DNA from: an uncultured bacterium
GTDB lineage: Bacteria; Bacteroidota; Bacteroidia; Bacteroidales; Bacteroidaceae
DNA: 64,000 nucleotides
Direction: 5' to 3'
Assembly (NCBI GenBank): GCA_945829425.1
Contig: CALZUQ010000007.1
Location: forward strand, 2,077-66,076
Part shown: positions 9,257 through 19,542 of the stretch, one piece after another
How the letters are laid out: each line of letters begins with the position of its first letter
How positions within the stretch are numbered: the first letter of the stretch is position 1
Position numbers and translations under genes: made by a program
Notes under the pieces: model-generated
Told to the model about the DNA's origin: nothing
What the model saw: the letters and a program-made list of their open reading frames with translations, nothing else
The model's database searches: none

Positions 9257-11641
9257 ATGCTCTACGTTGACGTGATACTGCCTTTAGGTGTGGAAGGATT
9301 GCTTACATACTCTGTTCCGGAAAGACTGGAAGGGAGCGTGAAGGAGTATGTACGTGCTGTAGTGCCTCTCGGAAAATCAAAGAAGTACACAGGACTGATA
9401 GTCAGCGTACATAGTAATCCGCCTGAGAAAAAACAGATAGACGGAAAAAATCAGGAGAGAAATATAGATGACAGCAGGTTTCAGGAGAGAACTACAGAAA
9501 ACGGAAAACGTCAGAATACAACCATAGAAGAGGACAAACCAGGAATAGAGGTAAAGGATATCATCGACGTTCTCGACGACACACCTGTCCTTCTCGAATA
9601 TCAATATCGTCTGTGGCAATGGATTGCCGACTACTACCTTTGCCCTATAGGCGATGTCTTCCGTGCGGCTTTCCCGGCTGGAATGAAGCAGGAGGATGGC
9701 TATACGGCAAAGACAGAGACCTATGTCAGACTTACGCCAGCCTACCGCAGCGAGGCTTCCATTCACTTGGCTCTGAACATGCTTCGTAAGGCGAGCAAGC
9801 AATTAGAGGCTTTCAATACGTATCTCTTCCTCTCGCATTACGACACAATAGAGGGTGAAGAGACTACGGAACGAGTGACGGAGATAACCCGTGAGGAGCT
9901 TACGAACAATGCCAAGTGTTCTAACGCTACGGTTAAAGCACTCGTGGAGCGCGGAATCCTTGAGACTTATGAGGTGACGGTAGGTCGGCTGAACCACAAC
10001 GGAAAGGTGGAGCAGGAAACATTAAGTCCGCTGACAGTGCCGCAGCAGAAAGCATATGATGATATAATGGAAAGTCCGGAGACGGTTCCGACACTTCTGC
10101 AGGGCGTGACGGGGTCAGGTAAGACAGAGATATACATTCACCTCATACAACAATATATTGACGAAGGGAGACAGGTGTTGTATCTGTTACCGGAAATAGC
10201 ACTTACGGTGCAGATGACGGAACGTCTGCAACGTGTCTTCGGCAACCGTATGGCGGTCTATCATTCACGTTATAGTGACGCAGAGCGTGTGGAGATATGG
10301 CAGAAACAGTTGTCCGACAAGCCTTATGACATAATTCTCGGAGCTCGCTCGGCTGTGTTCCTCCCTTTCCAGCGTCTTGGTATGATAATAATTGACGAAG
10401 AGCATGAGACTTCCTTCAAGCAGCAAGACCCTGCACCACGTTACCACACCCGCAGTATAGCACTCATGATGGGAGCAAAGATGGGAGGCGTGCGAATAGT
10501 ACTTGGAACGGCGACACCGTCAATGGAGTCATATCATAACGCCATGTCGGGAAAGTTCCGGTTGGTACAGCTGACAGAGCGTTACCAAGGCATGGAACTG
10601 CCGGAGACAGAGGTTGTGGACATTGCCGACCTTCAGCGCAGAAAGATGATGCAAGGTCCCTTTTCGCCTCGTCTGCTTCGTGCCATGCGTGAGGCTCTTG
10701 ACAACGGCAGACAGGTTATATTGTTCCAGAACCGTAGAGGCTTTGCACCTATGGTGGAATGCCACGAATGCGGTTGGGTACCCAAATGCAAGAACTGCGA
10801 TGTTACGCTCACCATGCACAAAATGGCAGGTTTCCTTACATGCCATTACTGCGGTTTTACATACTCTATACCTCAGAAATGTCCGTCGTGCTTCTGTAAG
10901 GACATTCGCGAGAAAGGCTATGGAACGGAGAAAATAGAGGAATACCTTGCCAATATGGGCTTTGAAGCCATTTCGCGTATGGACCTCGATACGACACGTA
11001 CAAAGAACGCTTACGAACGTATCATTAAAGACTTTGCGCAAGGCAAGACGAAAATCCTCATAGGCACGCAAATGGTTACGAAAGGCTTGGACTTTGCCAA
11101 TGTCGGCATAGTAGGAATACTCAACGCCGACTCCATGATGAACATTCCCGACTTCCGGGCTTACGAATATACGTTCCAGATGCTCTGTCAGGTGTCGGGG
11201 AGAGCCGGAAGACAAGGTGAGAGAGGTAAGGTGATACTACAGACGAAGAAACCTCAGGAACCGGTGATACGACAGGTGACAGCCAATGACTTCACGGCTT
11301 TCTACGCACAGCAATGCGAAGAGAGAAGTCTGTTCAGATATCCTCCCTATACAAGAGTGGTGTATATCTTCCTTCGACATAGCAAGGAACAGTACGTCGA
11401 GAATGCAGCAATAGAGATGGGGAGCAGGCTGCGGCAGCTCTTTGGCAGCAGAATCTTAGGTCCCGACCGTCCTGCTGTAGCAAGAATCAAGGCGATGTTC
11501 ATCCGTAAGATTGTCGTGAAGCTGGAAATCGGCATAGACCTCAAGAGAGTCAGGACTTATCTACAAACCATACGCCGTGACATCCTCAATGACAAACGGT
11601 ATGCCTCAATGCAGATATACTATGACGTCGACCCGCAGTAA
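9257..11641 (+). CDS. priA: Primosomal protein N' (replication restart helicase)
   Basis: GVTGSGKT Walker A, DEEH, Cys-rich cluster (CHEC..CKNC..CHYC..CPSC), GTQMVTKGLDF, QVSGRAGR. Confidence 0.98.
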   Translation: MLYVDVILPLGVEGLLTYSVPERLEGSVKEYVRAVVPLGKSKKYTGLIVSVHSNPPEKKQIDGKNQERNIDDSRFQERTTENGKRQNTTIEEDKPGIEVKDIIDVLDDTPVLLEYQYRLWQWIADYYLCPIGDVFRAAFPAGMKQEDGYTAKTETYVRLTPAYRSEASIHLALNMLRKASKQLEAFNTYLFLSHYDTIEGEETTERVTEITREELTNNAKCSNATVKALVERGILETYEVTVGRLNHNGKVEQETLSPLTVPQQKAYDDIMESPETVPTLLQGVTGSGKTEIYIHLIQQYIDEGRQVLYLLPEIALTVQMTERLQRVFGNRMAVYHSRYSDAERVEIWQKQLSDKPYDIILGARSAVFLPFQRLGMIIIDEEHETSFKQQDPAPRYHTRSIALMMGAKMGGVRIVLGTATPSMESYHNAMSGKFRLVQLTERYQGMELPETEVVDIADLQRRKMMQGPFSPRLLRAMREALDNGRQVILFQNRRGFAPMVECHECGWVPKCKNCDVTLTMHKMAGFLTCHYCGFTYSIPQKCPSCFCKDIREKGYGTEKIEEYLANMGFEAISRMDLDTTRTKNAYERIIKDFAQGKTKILIGTQMVTKGLDFANVGIVGILNADSMMNIPDFRAYEYTFQMLCQVSGRAGRQGERGKVILQTKKPQEPVIRQVTANDFTAFYAQQCEERSLFRYPPYTRVVYIFLRHSKEQYVENAAIEMGSRLRQLFGSRILGPDRPAVARIKAMFIRKIVVKLEIGIDLKRVRTYLQTIRRDILNDKRYASMQIYYDVDPQ
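9441..9530 (+). repeat. Three degenerate 30-bp in-frame tandem units within priA
   Basis: acggaaaaaatcaggagagaaatatagatg / acagcaggtttcaggagagaactacagaaa / acggaaaacgtcagaatacaaccatagaag. Confidence 0.75.
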
Positions 11642-11818
11642 AGGCAGGTATATTAAGGTGGGCAACATTAAAGACTGGCAACATTAAAGGTGCGTCCTGA
11701 GGACAAGTCTCCAGCCAAAAGCCAACACAGCTACTGACCGCCTCGCTAATGTGGACATTCAAGGAGTCAATGCAACGAGAAACGATACAACATACAACCC
11801 AATAACAAGAAATAAAAA

Positions 11819-12913
11819 ATGAAAAAGACATTAATGACATTGGCGCTTGCCTTCGCAACACTTGCCGGCAATGCGCAGAGTTCTATCACGATGAAATTCT
11901 CCGACATTACTGTCGACACTGTTTTCGTGGAGAACATTACGAAGAAGTCAGTAGACACCTTGCTGGTCAAGAATGGAGAAACGACCTATTCATGTGATGC
12001 CAAAGACGAGGTTCAGGCCGTGGAGGTCGCTTTTGTGGTTGACGGCGAAGTGCGACAGCTCATGACATACGCTGTACCAGAAGAGAATGGCATAATTACT
12101 GCCAGCAGGAAGCAACTTACTTACAGCGGCTCGAAGTTCTTTGACGAGTATGACAAATACAAGTCTATTGTTATTGACGACCAGACGAGAATTCAAGAAC
12201 TGCTATCTGAATTCAAGAAGAAAACTCTGGCGGGAGAGAACAGAGACTCTCTCGTAAAAGTAATAAGACCGCAGTTTTTTGAAGCTTCAAAGAGAATGGA
12301 GGACAAAAACATCGCATATATCAAGGCAAATCCTAACAGCAACGTCTCCGTTGTCCTCATTTCATACCTTCAAGAAAACCAAGAAGAGCTGCTGTCGCTC
12401 ATCTCCGACGAGGTTAAGAAAGGTCCTTTCAAGAACGTCGTGGCAGAGATAGAAGCCTCCATAGCCGAGAACAAGGCACTCGAAGAAGCCAAGAAAAACC
12501 TTGCAGAAGGTAAGCCGGCACCGGAATTTACGTTGAAGGACATCAACGGCAAGGACCTTGCACTCTCCTCGCTGAGAGGAAAATACGTCGTCCTTGACTT
12601 CTGGGGATCATGGTGCGGATGGTGTATAAAGGGTATACCGGAAATGAAGAAATACTACGAGAAATACTCCGGCAAAATGGAAATTCTCGGAATAGACTGC
12701 AACGATACGGAAGAGAAATGGCGTAATGCCGTGGCAAAGCATGCCATTCCATGGAAACACGTTTATTGTCCACGGAAGTCTGACGTGACAGCACGCTATG
12801 CCATAGAGGGCTATCCGACTAAGATTATCATTGACCCAGAGGGAAAAATCGTGAAGACTGTAGTGGGTGAAGACCCTGCCTTCTATACTTTCCTCGACGA
12901 ACTGTTCAAATGA
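11819..12913 (+). CDS. TlpA-family thiol-disulfide oxidoreductase (periplasmic)
   Basis: Signal peptide; PAPEFTLKD...LDFWGSWCGWC thioredoxin CxxC; YAIEGYPT. Confidence 0.93.
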   Translation: MKKTLMTLALAFATLAGNAQSSITMKFSDITVDTVFVENITKKSVDTLLVKNGETTYSCDAKDEVQAVEVAFVVDGEVRQLMTYAVPEENGIITASRKQLTYSGSKFFDEYDKYKSIVIDDQTRIQELLSEFKKKTLAGENRDSLVKVIRPQFFEASKRMEDKNIAYIKANPNSNVSVVLISYLQENQEELLSLISDEVKKGPFKNVVAEIEASIAENKALEEAKKNLAEGKPAPEFTLKDINGKDLALSSLRGKYVVLDFWGSWCGWCIKGIPEMKKYYEKYSGKMEILGIDCNDTEEKWRNAVAKHAIPWKHVYCPRKSDVTARYAIEGYPTKIIIDPEGKIVKTVVGEDPAFYTFLDELFK

Positions 12914-13024
12914 CATGCAGAATAACGTTGTCCCTCCCCACCCAAAACCGACAATGGGCGTCGGGGGGACTTTCTTAAGGAGGAGAAGCTCCATAGCCTC
13001 CTAAATATTAACCCTATACACACT

Positions 13025-15154
13025 ATGAGAAACAAGTCATTTTTTTTACTCTGTTTTTTTCTGTTGTTTCCAAGCATTCCCGCTTTGTCGCAGGGAAAGA
13101 AGAAGACCAATTATAAGGCTGTCCTTAAGAGACAGGACGAGGCGTTCTTCTCCACGCCAGAGGCAAGGAGGGTCGGCGACCAGCTGATACTCTTCCAAAG
13201 AGTTACAGGAGGATGGCCGAAGAACACCGACATGGTCACTCCGCTGACCTACGAGCAGCGCAAAGCGGTAGAAGCAGAAAAAGGTCGTACCGACGACTCC
13301 ACAGTAGACAACAACGCTACAACACGGCAGATGCTTTTCCTCGCCAACCTCTACCGTATCACGAAAGAGCCAAGATACCGTGAGGCAGTGAGAAAAGGCA
13401 TGGAATACCTGCTCTCCGGACAATATGACAACGGAGGATGGCCGCAGTTCTGGCCAGACCCTAAGGGCTATCAGATACACATAACGTACAACGATGGCAA
13501 CATGGCGAACATCATGAAACTCTTTATGGCAGCCACGTCTGGGAAGAAACCTTTCGACAACGACATTGCCGACGAAGCATTGCGCAGTAGGATGGAGAAA
13601 GCTGTTGAACGTGGCATAGAGTGCATTCTGAAGACTCAGATACGCGTAAAGGGAAAACCTACGGTATGGTGTCAGCAGCATGACCGGGAGACCTTCGAAC
13701 CTGCCGGTGCACGTGCCTTTGAACTCCCCTCATACTGCTCGGCAGAGAGTGAGGGACTCGTAGAGGTGCTCATGGATGTCGCAAATCCCGACAAACGTAT
13801 CATTGAGGCGGTAAACGGTGCCATGGCTTGGTTTGACAAGTACAAGATCACGGGATATAAGGTTGTGAGGACAGGAAGGTTTGACGACCTCGCAGGACGC
13901 GACACACGTTTAGTTGCGGACAAAGCCGCCAAGCCGTTATGGGGACGTTTCTACGATCTGGAATACTGTGAGCCGTTTCTTGTAGACCGCGACGGAATTC
14001 CACGCCGCCGTTTAGAGGATATCGGCTTTGAACGCCGCTCCGGCTACGCATGGTACTGCGACTCTCCTGCCATGCTTTATGAACGTTACGACAGCTGGGC
14101 AGACAAATTCTGTCCGAAGAAAAAGGTAAAGATAAGCCTTGAGAGCAAGGGCGGCAATGAGAACGGCACCATGCAGCTCTTCCGCCGTCCCGTGCATAAG
14201 GACAAAGACTATGACGCTGTGGTAAAGTCTGGCATGAGCATTCAGGAGGCTATAGAGAAAGCACCACGGCAATCCAAGCAGCCATATACCATATTCATAC
14301 ATAAAGGACTGTATGAGGAGAAGGTCGTCATAGACCGTAAGAACATTGTGCTCGTCGGCGAAGACCGCGACAGCACTATCATACGCATGGCTGAAACGGA
14401 GAAATACCGCAAGACAGCAGAATATAAAGGACGGAAGATACACCATGGAGTTGTGGTGCTGACACCCGAAGCCGACAGCTGTGTCATCAGCGGACTTACG
14501 ATATACAACAACTACGGCACGGCTGTGGAACCTGGCAATACCACCCACCAAATGGCGGTCTACGGCGAGGCTAACCACACCATAATAATAAACAGCCGGA
14601 TATGGGCTGACGGCAACGACGCACTGAGCCTTTGGTCGAAGGTCAGAGACGGCAATGAGATGTATTACCACGCCGACCTCGACCTGAGATGTAAGGGCGT
14701 AGACTTCCTCTGTCCGAGGGGTTGGTGCTATGCCACGCGATGCACGTTCTACGGCGATGGTCACGCTATGATATGGCATGACGGAAGAGGTGACAAGACA
14801 AAGAAGCTCGTCATTACAAACTCAACCTTCGACGCAGAGTCGCCGACAGCATTAGGACGATGGCATCACGACTCGATGTTCTATCTGATAAACTGTCGTT
14901 TGTCCAAGAACGTCCTTGACTCAAACATACACTACGCTTATTCTGACAAGGTACTCGACCCTTGTCCGTGGGGCGAGAGAGTGTATTACCTCTTATGTAC
15001 AAGGGAAGGTGGACACACGGGATGGCTTAACGACAACATAGACGAGAGTGCGGAACCGGGGTCTTACCACAGCACTACTGCAACATGGACATACGGCGGC
15101 AGGTGGGACCCGGAGAAACATATCCGCGACCTATGGAAATATCTTGCATATTGA
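13025..15154 (+). CDS. Pectate lyase (PL10) - pectin methylesterase (CE8-like) fusion
   Basis: PL10 motifs GGWPKN, STVDNNAT, NGGWPQFWP, HITYNDG, ARAFELP; C-terminal SIQEAIEKAP..IHKGLYEEKV, GNDAL, VDF, LGRW. Confidence 0.9.
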   Translation: MRNKSFFLLCFFLLFPSIPALSQGKKKTNYKAVLKRQDEAFFSTPEARRVGDQLILFQRVTGGWPKNTDMVTPLTYEQRKAVEAEKGRTDDSTVDNNATTRQMLFLANLYRITKEPRYREAVRKGMEYLLSGQYDNGGWPQFWPDPKGYQIHITYNDGNMANIMKLFMAATSGKKPFDNDIADEALRSRMEKAVERGIECILKTQIRVKGKPTVWCQQHDRETFEPAGARAFELPSYCSAESEGLVEVLMDVANPDKRIIEAVNGAMAWFDKYKITGYKVVRTGRFDDLAGRDTRLVADKAAKPLWGRFYDLEYCEPFLVDRDGIPRRRLEDIGFERRSGYAWYCDSPAMLYERYDSWADKFCPKKKVKISLESKGGNENGTMQLFRRPVHKDKDYDAVVKSGMSIQEAIEKAPRQSKQPYTIFIHKGLYEEKVVIDRKNIVLVGEDRDSTIIRMAETEKYRKTAEYKGRKIHHGVVVLTPEADSCVISGLTIYNNYGTAVEPGNTTHQMAVYGEANHTIIINSRIWADGNDALSLWSKVRDGNEMYYHADLDLRCKGVDFLCPRGWCYATRCTFYGDGHAMIWHDGRGDKTKKLVITNSTFDAESPTALGRWHHDSMFYLINCRLSKNVLDSNIHYAYSDKVLDPCPWGERVYYLLCTREGGHTGWLNDNIDESAEPGSYHSTTATWTYGGRWDPEKHIRDLWKYLAY

Positions 15155-15206
15155 CGGCAATGGAATATAATGGGACATGTTGTCTCCTACTAAAAGAACA
15201 AAAGAA

Positions 15207-17042
15207 ATGAAGATACAAAAACTACGTGAGATAATGCGCCGTGAGAAAATCGGCGCATTCATCTTCCCCAGCAGCGACCCTCATAACGGCGAATACGTTC
15301 CAGAGCATTGGCACGGCAGGGAGTGGATAAGCGGTTTCACCGGTTCGGCAGGTACAGCGGTGGTAACAATACGCTCAGCAGCTCTCTGGACCGACTCGCG
15401 TTACTTCCTGCAAGCAGCATAAGAACTCAAAGGCAGCGAGTTCCAACTTATGCGTGAAGGTCTGGCGGACACTCCCACCATAGCCGCATGGTTAGGGCGT
15501 GAACTGGCTGACGAGAGATATAAGGAGGTAGGCATCGACGGCATGTCGTTTACTGCCGCCGCAACAGAAAAACTTATTTATGACCTTAGAAACGAAGGAG
15601 GACTGACGCTTCGCACGAATATCGATCCTCTTGAAGAGATCTGGCTTGACAGGCCAGAGATACCGCTTGCCCCCATTTCCATACACCCGTTGGAATATTC
15701 CGGCGTGATGGCTCGCAAGAAAATTGCCGACATACGTAAGGCGTTACGTCTGCAGCATGCCGACGGTATGCTTGTGACCGCTCTCGACGAGATAGCCTGG
15801 ACGTTGAACATCAGGGGATGTGACGTACATTGCACCCCCGTTGCCGTAGCTTATCTCCTCATCTCGTCGTCGAAAGCAACGCTGTATACCGACCAGCGGA
15901 AAGTATCCTGCCGTTTGAAGGAATATCTTTTGGAAGAAGGCGTGGAGACAGAGGACTACGTCAAGATAACTGAAGGACTGAGGAAATACCCCGACTATAA
16001 TATCCTTTTGGACAAGAGTGCCGTAAACTATACTTTATATAATAAGGTGAAGACTAACGTCATTGACGGTGACTCGCCAATACCGGCCATGAAAGCTGTG
16101 AAGAACAGCACAGAGATTGACGGTTTCAGAAAAGCCATGCTCCGCGACGGTATTGCCATGACGCGCTTCATGTTATGGCTCAAGGAGGGTGTCGCAAAGC
16201 ATGAAGACAAGACAAAGCCGGTCATGATCGACGGCGAGGTGGTTACAGAAATGACGGTTTGCAGGAAACTTCGCAAACTGAGAGAAGAGCAGCAAAATTT
16301 CCGTGACATATCGTTCGAAACGATTGCCGGTTATGGTGCTCATGGAGCCATAGTACATTATGAGCCTACTGAGGATAGCAGCATACCGCTCATGCCGCGA
16401 GGCTTCCTGCTTCTCGACAGTGGCGCACAATATTCTGACGGCACGACAGACCTTACGCGCACAATACCTCTCGGAGCGCTGACAGACGAGGAAAAACTGG
16501 TATATACGTTAGTACTGAAAGGGCATATAGACCTTCAGTTGCTTAAATTCCCTGACGGCGCAAGCGGTACGCAGCTTGACGTGATAGCCCGTAAGGACCT
16601 TTGGAAATATGGATATAACTATCTTCATGGCACAGGTCATGGCGTAGGGTCATATCTCTCAGTACATGAGGGACCGCACCAGATACGTATGGAATACCGT
16701 CCTGCTCCGCTCCACGAAGGCATGACAGTGACCGACGAACCGGGGATATACATAGAAGGTCGATTCGGCGTCAGAATAGAGAACACCCTGCTAATACGCA
16801 GCTATGGCACGCCACGCGAAATGTCCGAAGGCTACCCTCCATCTCCTACGCCGCACTTCTTGGAGTTTGAGACACTGACGCTATGCCCCATAGACACCGA
16901 ACCTGTCATCTGGGACAAGCTGACACCAGAAGAGACGACATGGCTAAAAGACTACAACAGAAGGGTATGGAATATCATGAAAGAATACATTCCTGAACTT
17001 GACTCTTATACCCCAGAATGGGAAAAGAGTATAAAGAATTAA
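15207..17042 (+). pseudogene. Xaa-Pro aminopeptidase (M24B) interrupted by an in-frame TAA at 15420-15422
   Basis: N-terminal SSDPHNGEY..WISGFTGSAG..WTDSRYFLQAA* continues in the same frame as ELKGSEFQLM into the 15450 ORF. That ORF has DSGAQY, GTTD, HGTGHGVG, HEGP, EPG and RIEN. Confidence 0.85.
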
Positions 17043-17148
17043 AAACAGTAAGTGTGCAAGATGATTATATCGGATAGTGATGCAGTATCAGAAAGTGATA
17101 TAAAGAAGTGTAACAACTCCTAATTGACTGTTATCACATACTTATAGA

Positions 17149-17187
17149 CAGTGCAAGGATAATAAAAATATCTTTGCACTGCTTTTT
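17149..17187 (+). terminator. Terminator-like hairpin after the aminopeptidase
   Basis: CAGTGCAAGGATA..TATCTTTGCACTG (one G-U) followed by CTTTTT. Confidence 0.7.
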
Positions 17188-17261
17188 AGGCTCGCCACTG
17201 ATACAATTATATCATAAAAATAGAAAAAAATGTTAGTATTTCCTATATTATCAGTAAATCT

Positions 17262-17293
17262 CTTGGGGGTATAGTATATTTTTAGTAATTTTG
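17262..17293 (+). promoter_or_regulatory. mdh promoter
   Basis: CTTG-N20-TAATTTTG. Confidence 0.65.
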
Positions 17294-17327
17294 CGTCACA
17301 ATATCAACAACAAAAACTATTTATACA

Positions 17328-18326
17328 ATGGCATTTTTAACAGACGACAAACTCGTAATAGTAGGTGCTGGTGGCGCTATCGGCTCTACAATGGTTCAGA
17401 CAGCTTTGACAATGAAACTTACTCCCAACGTATGTCTCTACGATGTTTACGCCCCAGGCATGGAAGGCGTGATGGAGGAGATGTTCCATTGTGGTTATGA
17501 CGGAGTGAACCTCACAGCGACTACAGACGTAGCTGAGGCTTTCAAGGACGCGAAGTACATCATCTCTTCCGGCGGTGCACCACGTAAGGCAGGTATGACA
17601 CGTGAGGACCTTCTCGCAGGAAACTGTAAGATAGCAGAAGAGTTGGGCAAGAACATCAAGGCTTACTGTCCGGACGTCAAGCACGTTGTAGTTATCTTCA
17701 ACCCAGCAGACCTTACAGGTCTTGTAACACTTCTCTACTCAGGCTTGAAACCTTCACAGGTCACAACACTTGCAGCCCTTGACTCAACACGTCTTCAGAG
17801 CGCACTGGCAAAGAAGTTTGGCGTAAAGCAGTATGAGGTGACAGGCTGTGCAACGTACGGCGGCCACGGAGAGCAGATGGCTGTCTTCGGAAGTGCTGTC
17901 AAGGTAGCAGGCAAGCCTCTCACAGAACTCATCGGCACAGAAGCTTGCAGCGCAGAGGAGTGGGAGCAGCTCAAGGTTGACGTCACAAAGGGTGGCGCCA
18001 AGATCATCGAACTCCGCGGACGCAGCTCATGGCAGAGCCCGGCATACTGCTCTGTAGAGATGATACGTTCCGTAATGGGCGGCGAGACATTCCGCTGGCC
18101 GGCAGGTACATACGTAAAGAATGAGAAGTACCAGAACATCATGATGGCTATGGACACAACCCTTGACACCAACGGTTGTACATACAAGATGCCTGTCGGC
18201 ACACCTGAGGAGATGGCAAAGCTCGATGCCAGCTATGCTCACCTTTGCAAGATGCGTGATGAGCTTGTAACGCTCAATATCATACCTCCTGTAGCAGAGT
18301 GGAACGCTATAAACCCAAATCTTTAA
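17328..18326 (+). CDS. mdh: Malate dehydrogenase (LDH/MDH family)
   Basis: IVGAGGAIG Rossmann motif, GAPRKAGMTREDLL (MDH-type Arg), NPAD, LDSTR, GGHG. Confidence 0.92.
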   Translation: MAFLTDDKLVIVGAGGAIGSTMVQTALTMKLTPNVCLYDVYAPGMEGVMEEMFHCGYDGVNLTATTDVAEAFKDAKYIISSGGAPRKAGMTREDLLAGNCKIAEELGKNIKAYCPDVKHVVVIFNPADLTGLVTLLYSGLKPSQVTTLAALDSTRLQSALAKKFGVKQYEVTGCATYGGHGEQMAVFGSAVKVAGKPLTELIGTEACSAEEWEQLKVDVTKGGAKIIELRGRSSWQSPAYCSVEMIRSVMGGETFRWPAGTYVKNEKYQNIMMAMDTTLDTNGCTYKMPVGTPEEMAKLDASYAHLCKMRDELVTLNIIPPVAEWNAINPNL

Positions 18327-18432
18327 GCTACGTCAACATTATAAAGGCTATACTATAGCAACATAACTCTCTCAGACCGACTACTGTCGGTCAATGTCAA
18401 TTCTCCATAAAATCAAATTGATTTTATGCGTG

Positions 18433-18465
18433 GGGTAGCAAATTGTGAAACTTGCTACCCTTTTT
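18433..18465 (+). terminator. Terminator after mdh
   Basis: GGGTAGCAA-N10-TTGCTACCC-TTTTT; a second 7-bp hairpin GACCGAC-tact-GTCGGTC lies at 18375-18392. Confidence 0.75.
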
Positions 18466-18513
18466 CGTTTCTAAAGGTCGTGTTCTGCGTCCAAAATCAA
18501 AATATATTCTTTC

Positions 18514-19062
18514 ATGGCACTTATAAAGACTTATCGTGGCATAGCCCCACAGTGGGGCAAGGAATGCTATTTTTCAGAGAACGCTACAATCATTGGCGAT
18601 GTCCGCATGGGCGATGAATGCTCTGTCTGGTTCAACGCTGTGCTTCGCGGCGATGTGGCGCGAGTAATCTTAGGCAACCGCTGCAACGTTCAGGACGGCT
18701 CATGCCTTCACGTCACCAATTTCGGCGGCAAGGACCGTCCTTCAGAGGACTTCATTAACGGCAACGACATCATGCTTGAAGACGATGTCACCGTAGGACA
18801 TAACGCTACGCTCCATGCGTGTCTCGTGAAACGTGGAGCACTTATAGGCATGGGTGCAACCGTGCTTGACGGCGCTGTAATAGGCGAAGGCGCAGTTATT
18901 GCAGCCGGAGCTCTTGTACTCGGTGGCACTGTTGTCGGTGAACATGAGCTATGGGCTGGCGTTCCCGCAAAATTCATCAAGAAGACAGCCCCAAACCAAG
19001 CAGAGAGTTATGCGCAGCATTATGTAGAATACAGCAAGATATATCTTGCTGAGGGAGAATAA
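18514..19062 (+). CDS. Gamma carbonic anhydrase family protein (hexapeptide repeat)
   Basis: IIGDVRMG, VWFNAVLRGD, NVQDG..LH, VGHNATLHAC, LIGMGATVLDGAVIG, GVPAK. Confidence 0.95.
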   Translation: MALIKTYRGIAPQWGKECYFSENATIIGDVRMGDECSVWFNAVLRGDVARVILGNRCNVQDGSCLHVTNFGGKDRPSEDFINGNDIMLEDDVTVGHNATLHACLVKRGALIGMGATVLDGAVIGEGAVIAAGALVLGGTVVGEHELWAGVPAKFIKKTAPNQAESYAQHYVEYSKIYLAEGE

Positions 19063-19429
19063 TGTTTTTTCGGCTTTAACCTATATAGCAGTAGTCTTCA
19101 TAAACGCCCTACACTCTGCATCATTTAAAGTTAACACATTATTTATCATAAGTTTACAGAATGTAGGACAGATGGCGACCTGCATCTGTAACTCTTTGTG
19201 TGACAGCGAGGACGAAGCAAAAAGATGTAGAAATATCGGGGTACGGCGCATCTTCTACAATATGAAATGTAGAATGCGTAAATGTGGCAGCCTATTTTGC
19301 AACAACTGTCAGGGCATTGAAAGAAGACTGTCACGACTATGACAGAGACAATAAGTAAAGATGTCGTTCCTTTCCCAAACAATATCGTATGGTTTTATTA
19401 TTCCGTTTAGGTGGACCGACAATAAAGGA

Positions 19430-19467
19430 GGGTTCTATAAATCAGCTTTGCCAGATTTATAGAACCC
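19430..19467. terminator. Perfect 14-bp inverted repeat between convergent genes
   Basis: GGGTTCTATAAATC-N10-GATTTATAGAACCC; U-tracts are weak, so terminator function is uncertain. Confidence 0.55.
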
Positions 19468-19542
19468 ACTTTAATGGGATGCAACATGTGTAATACGTCC
19501 TTATTTTGCGACGATTGTCATTAGTCCGTTTTGATTGCCATG

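Noticed and set aside
11650-11690. GGCAACATTAAAG direct repeat (2 copies, 16-bp period) after priA
   Set aside because: Only two copies and no further context; most likely a local duplication.
15420-15422. TAA reassignment (alternative genetic code) as the explanation for the aminopeptidase stop
   Set aside because: TAA is used as a normal terminator by many intact genes here (rpsL, susC, susD, priA, mdh).
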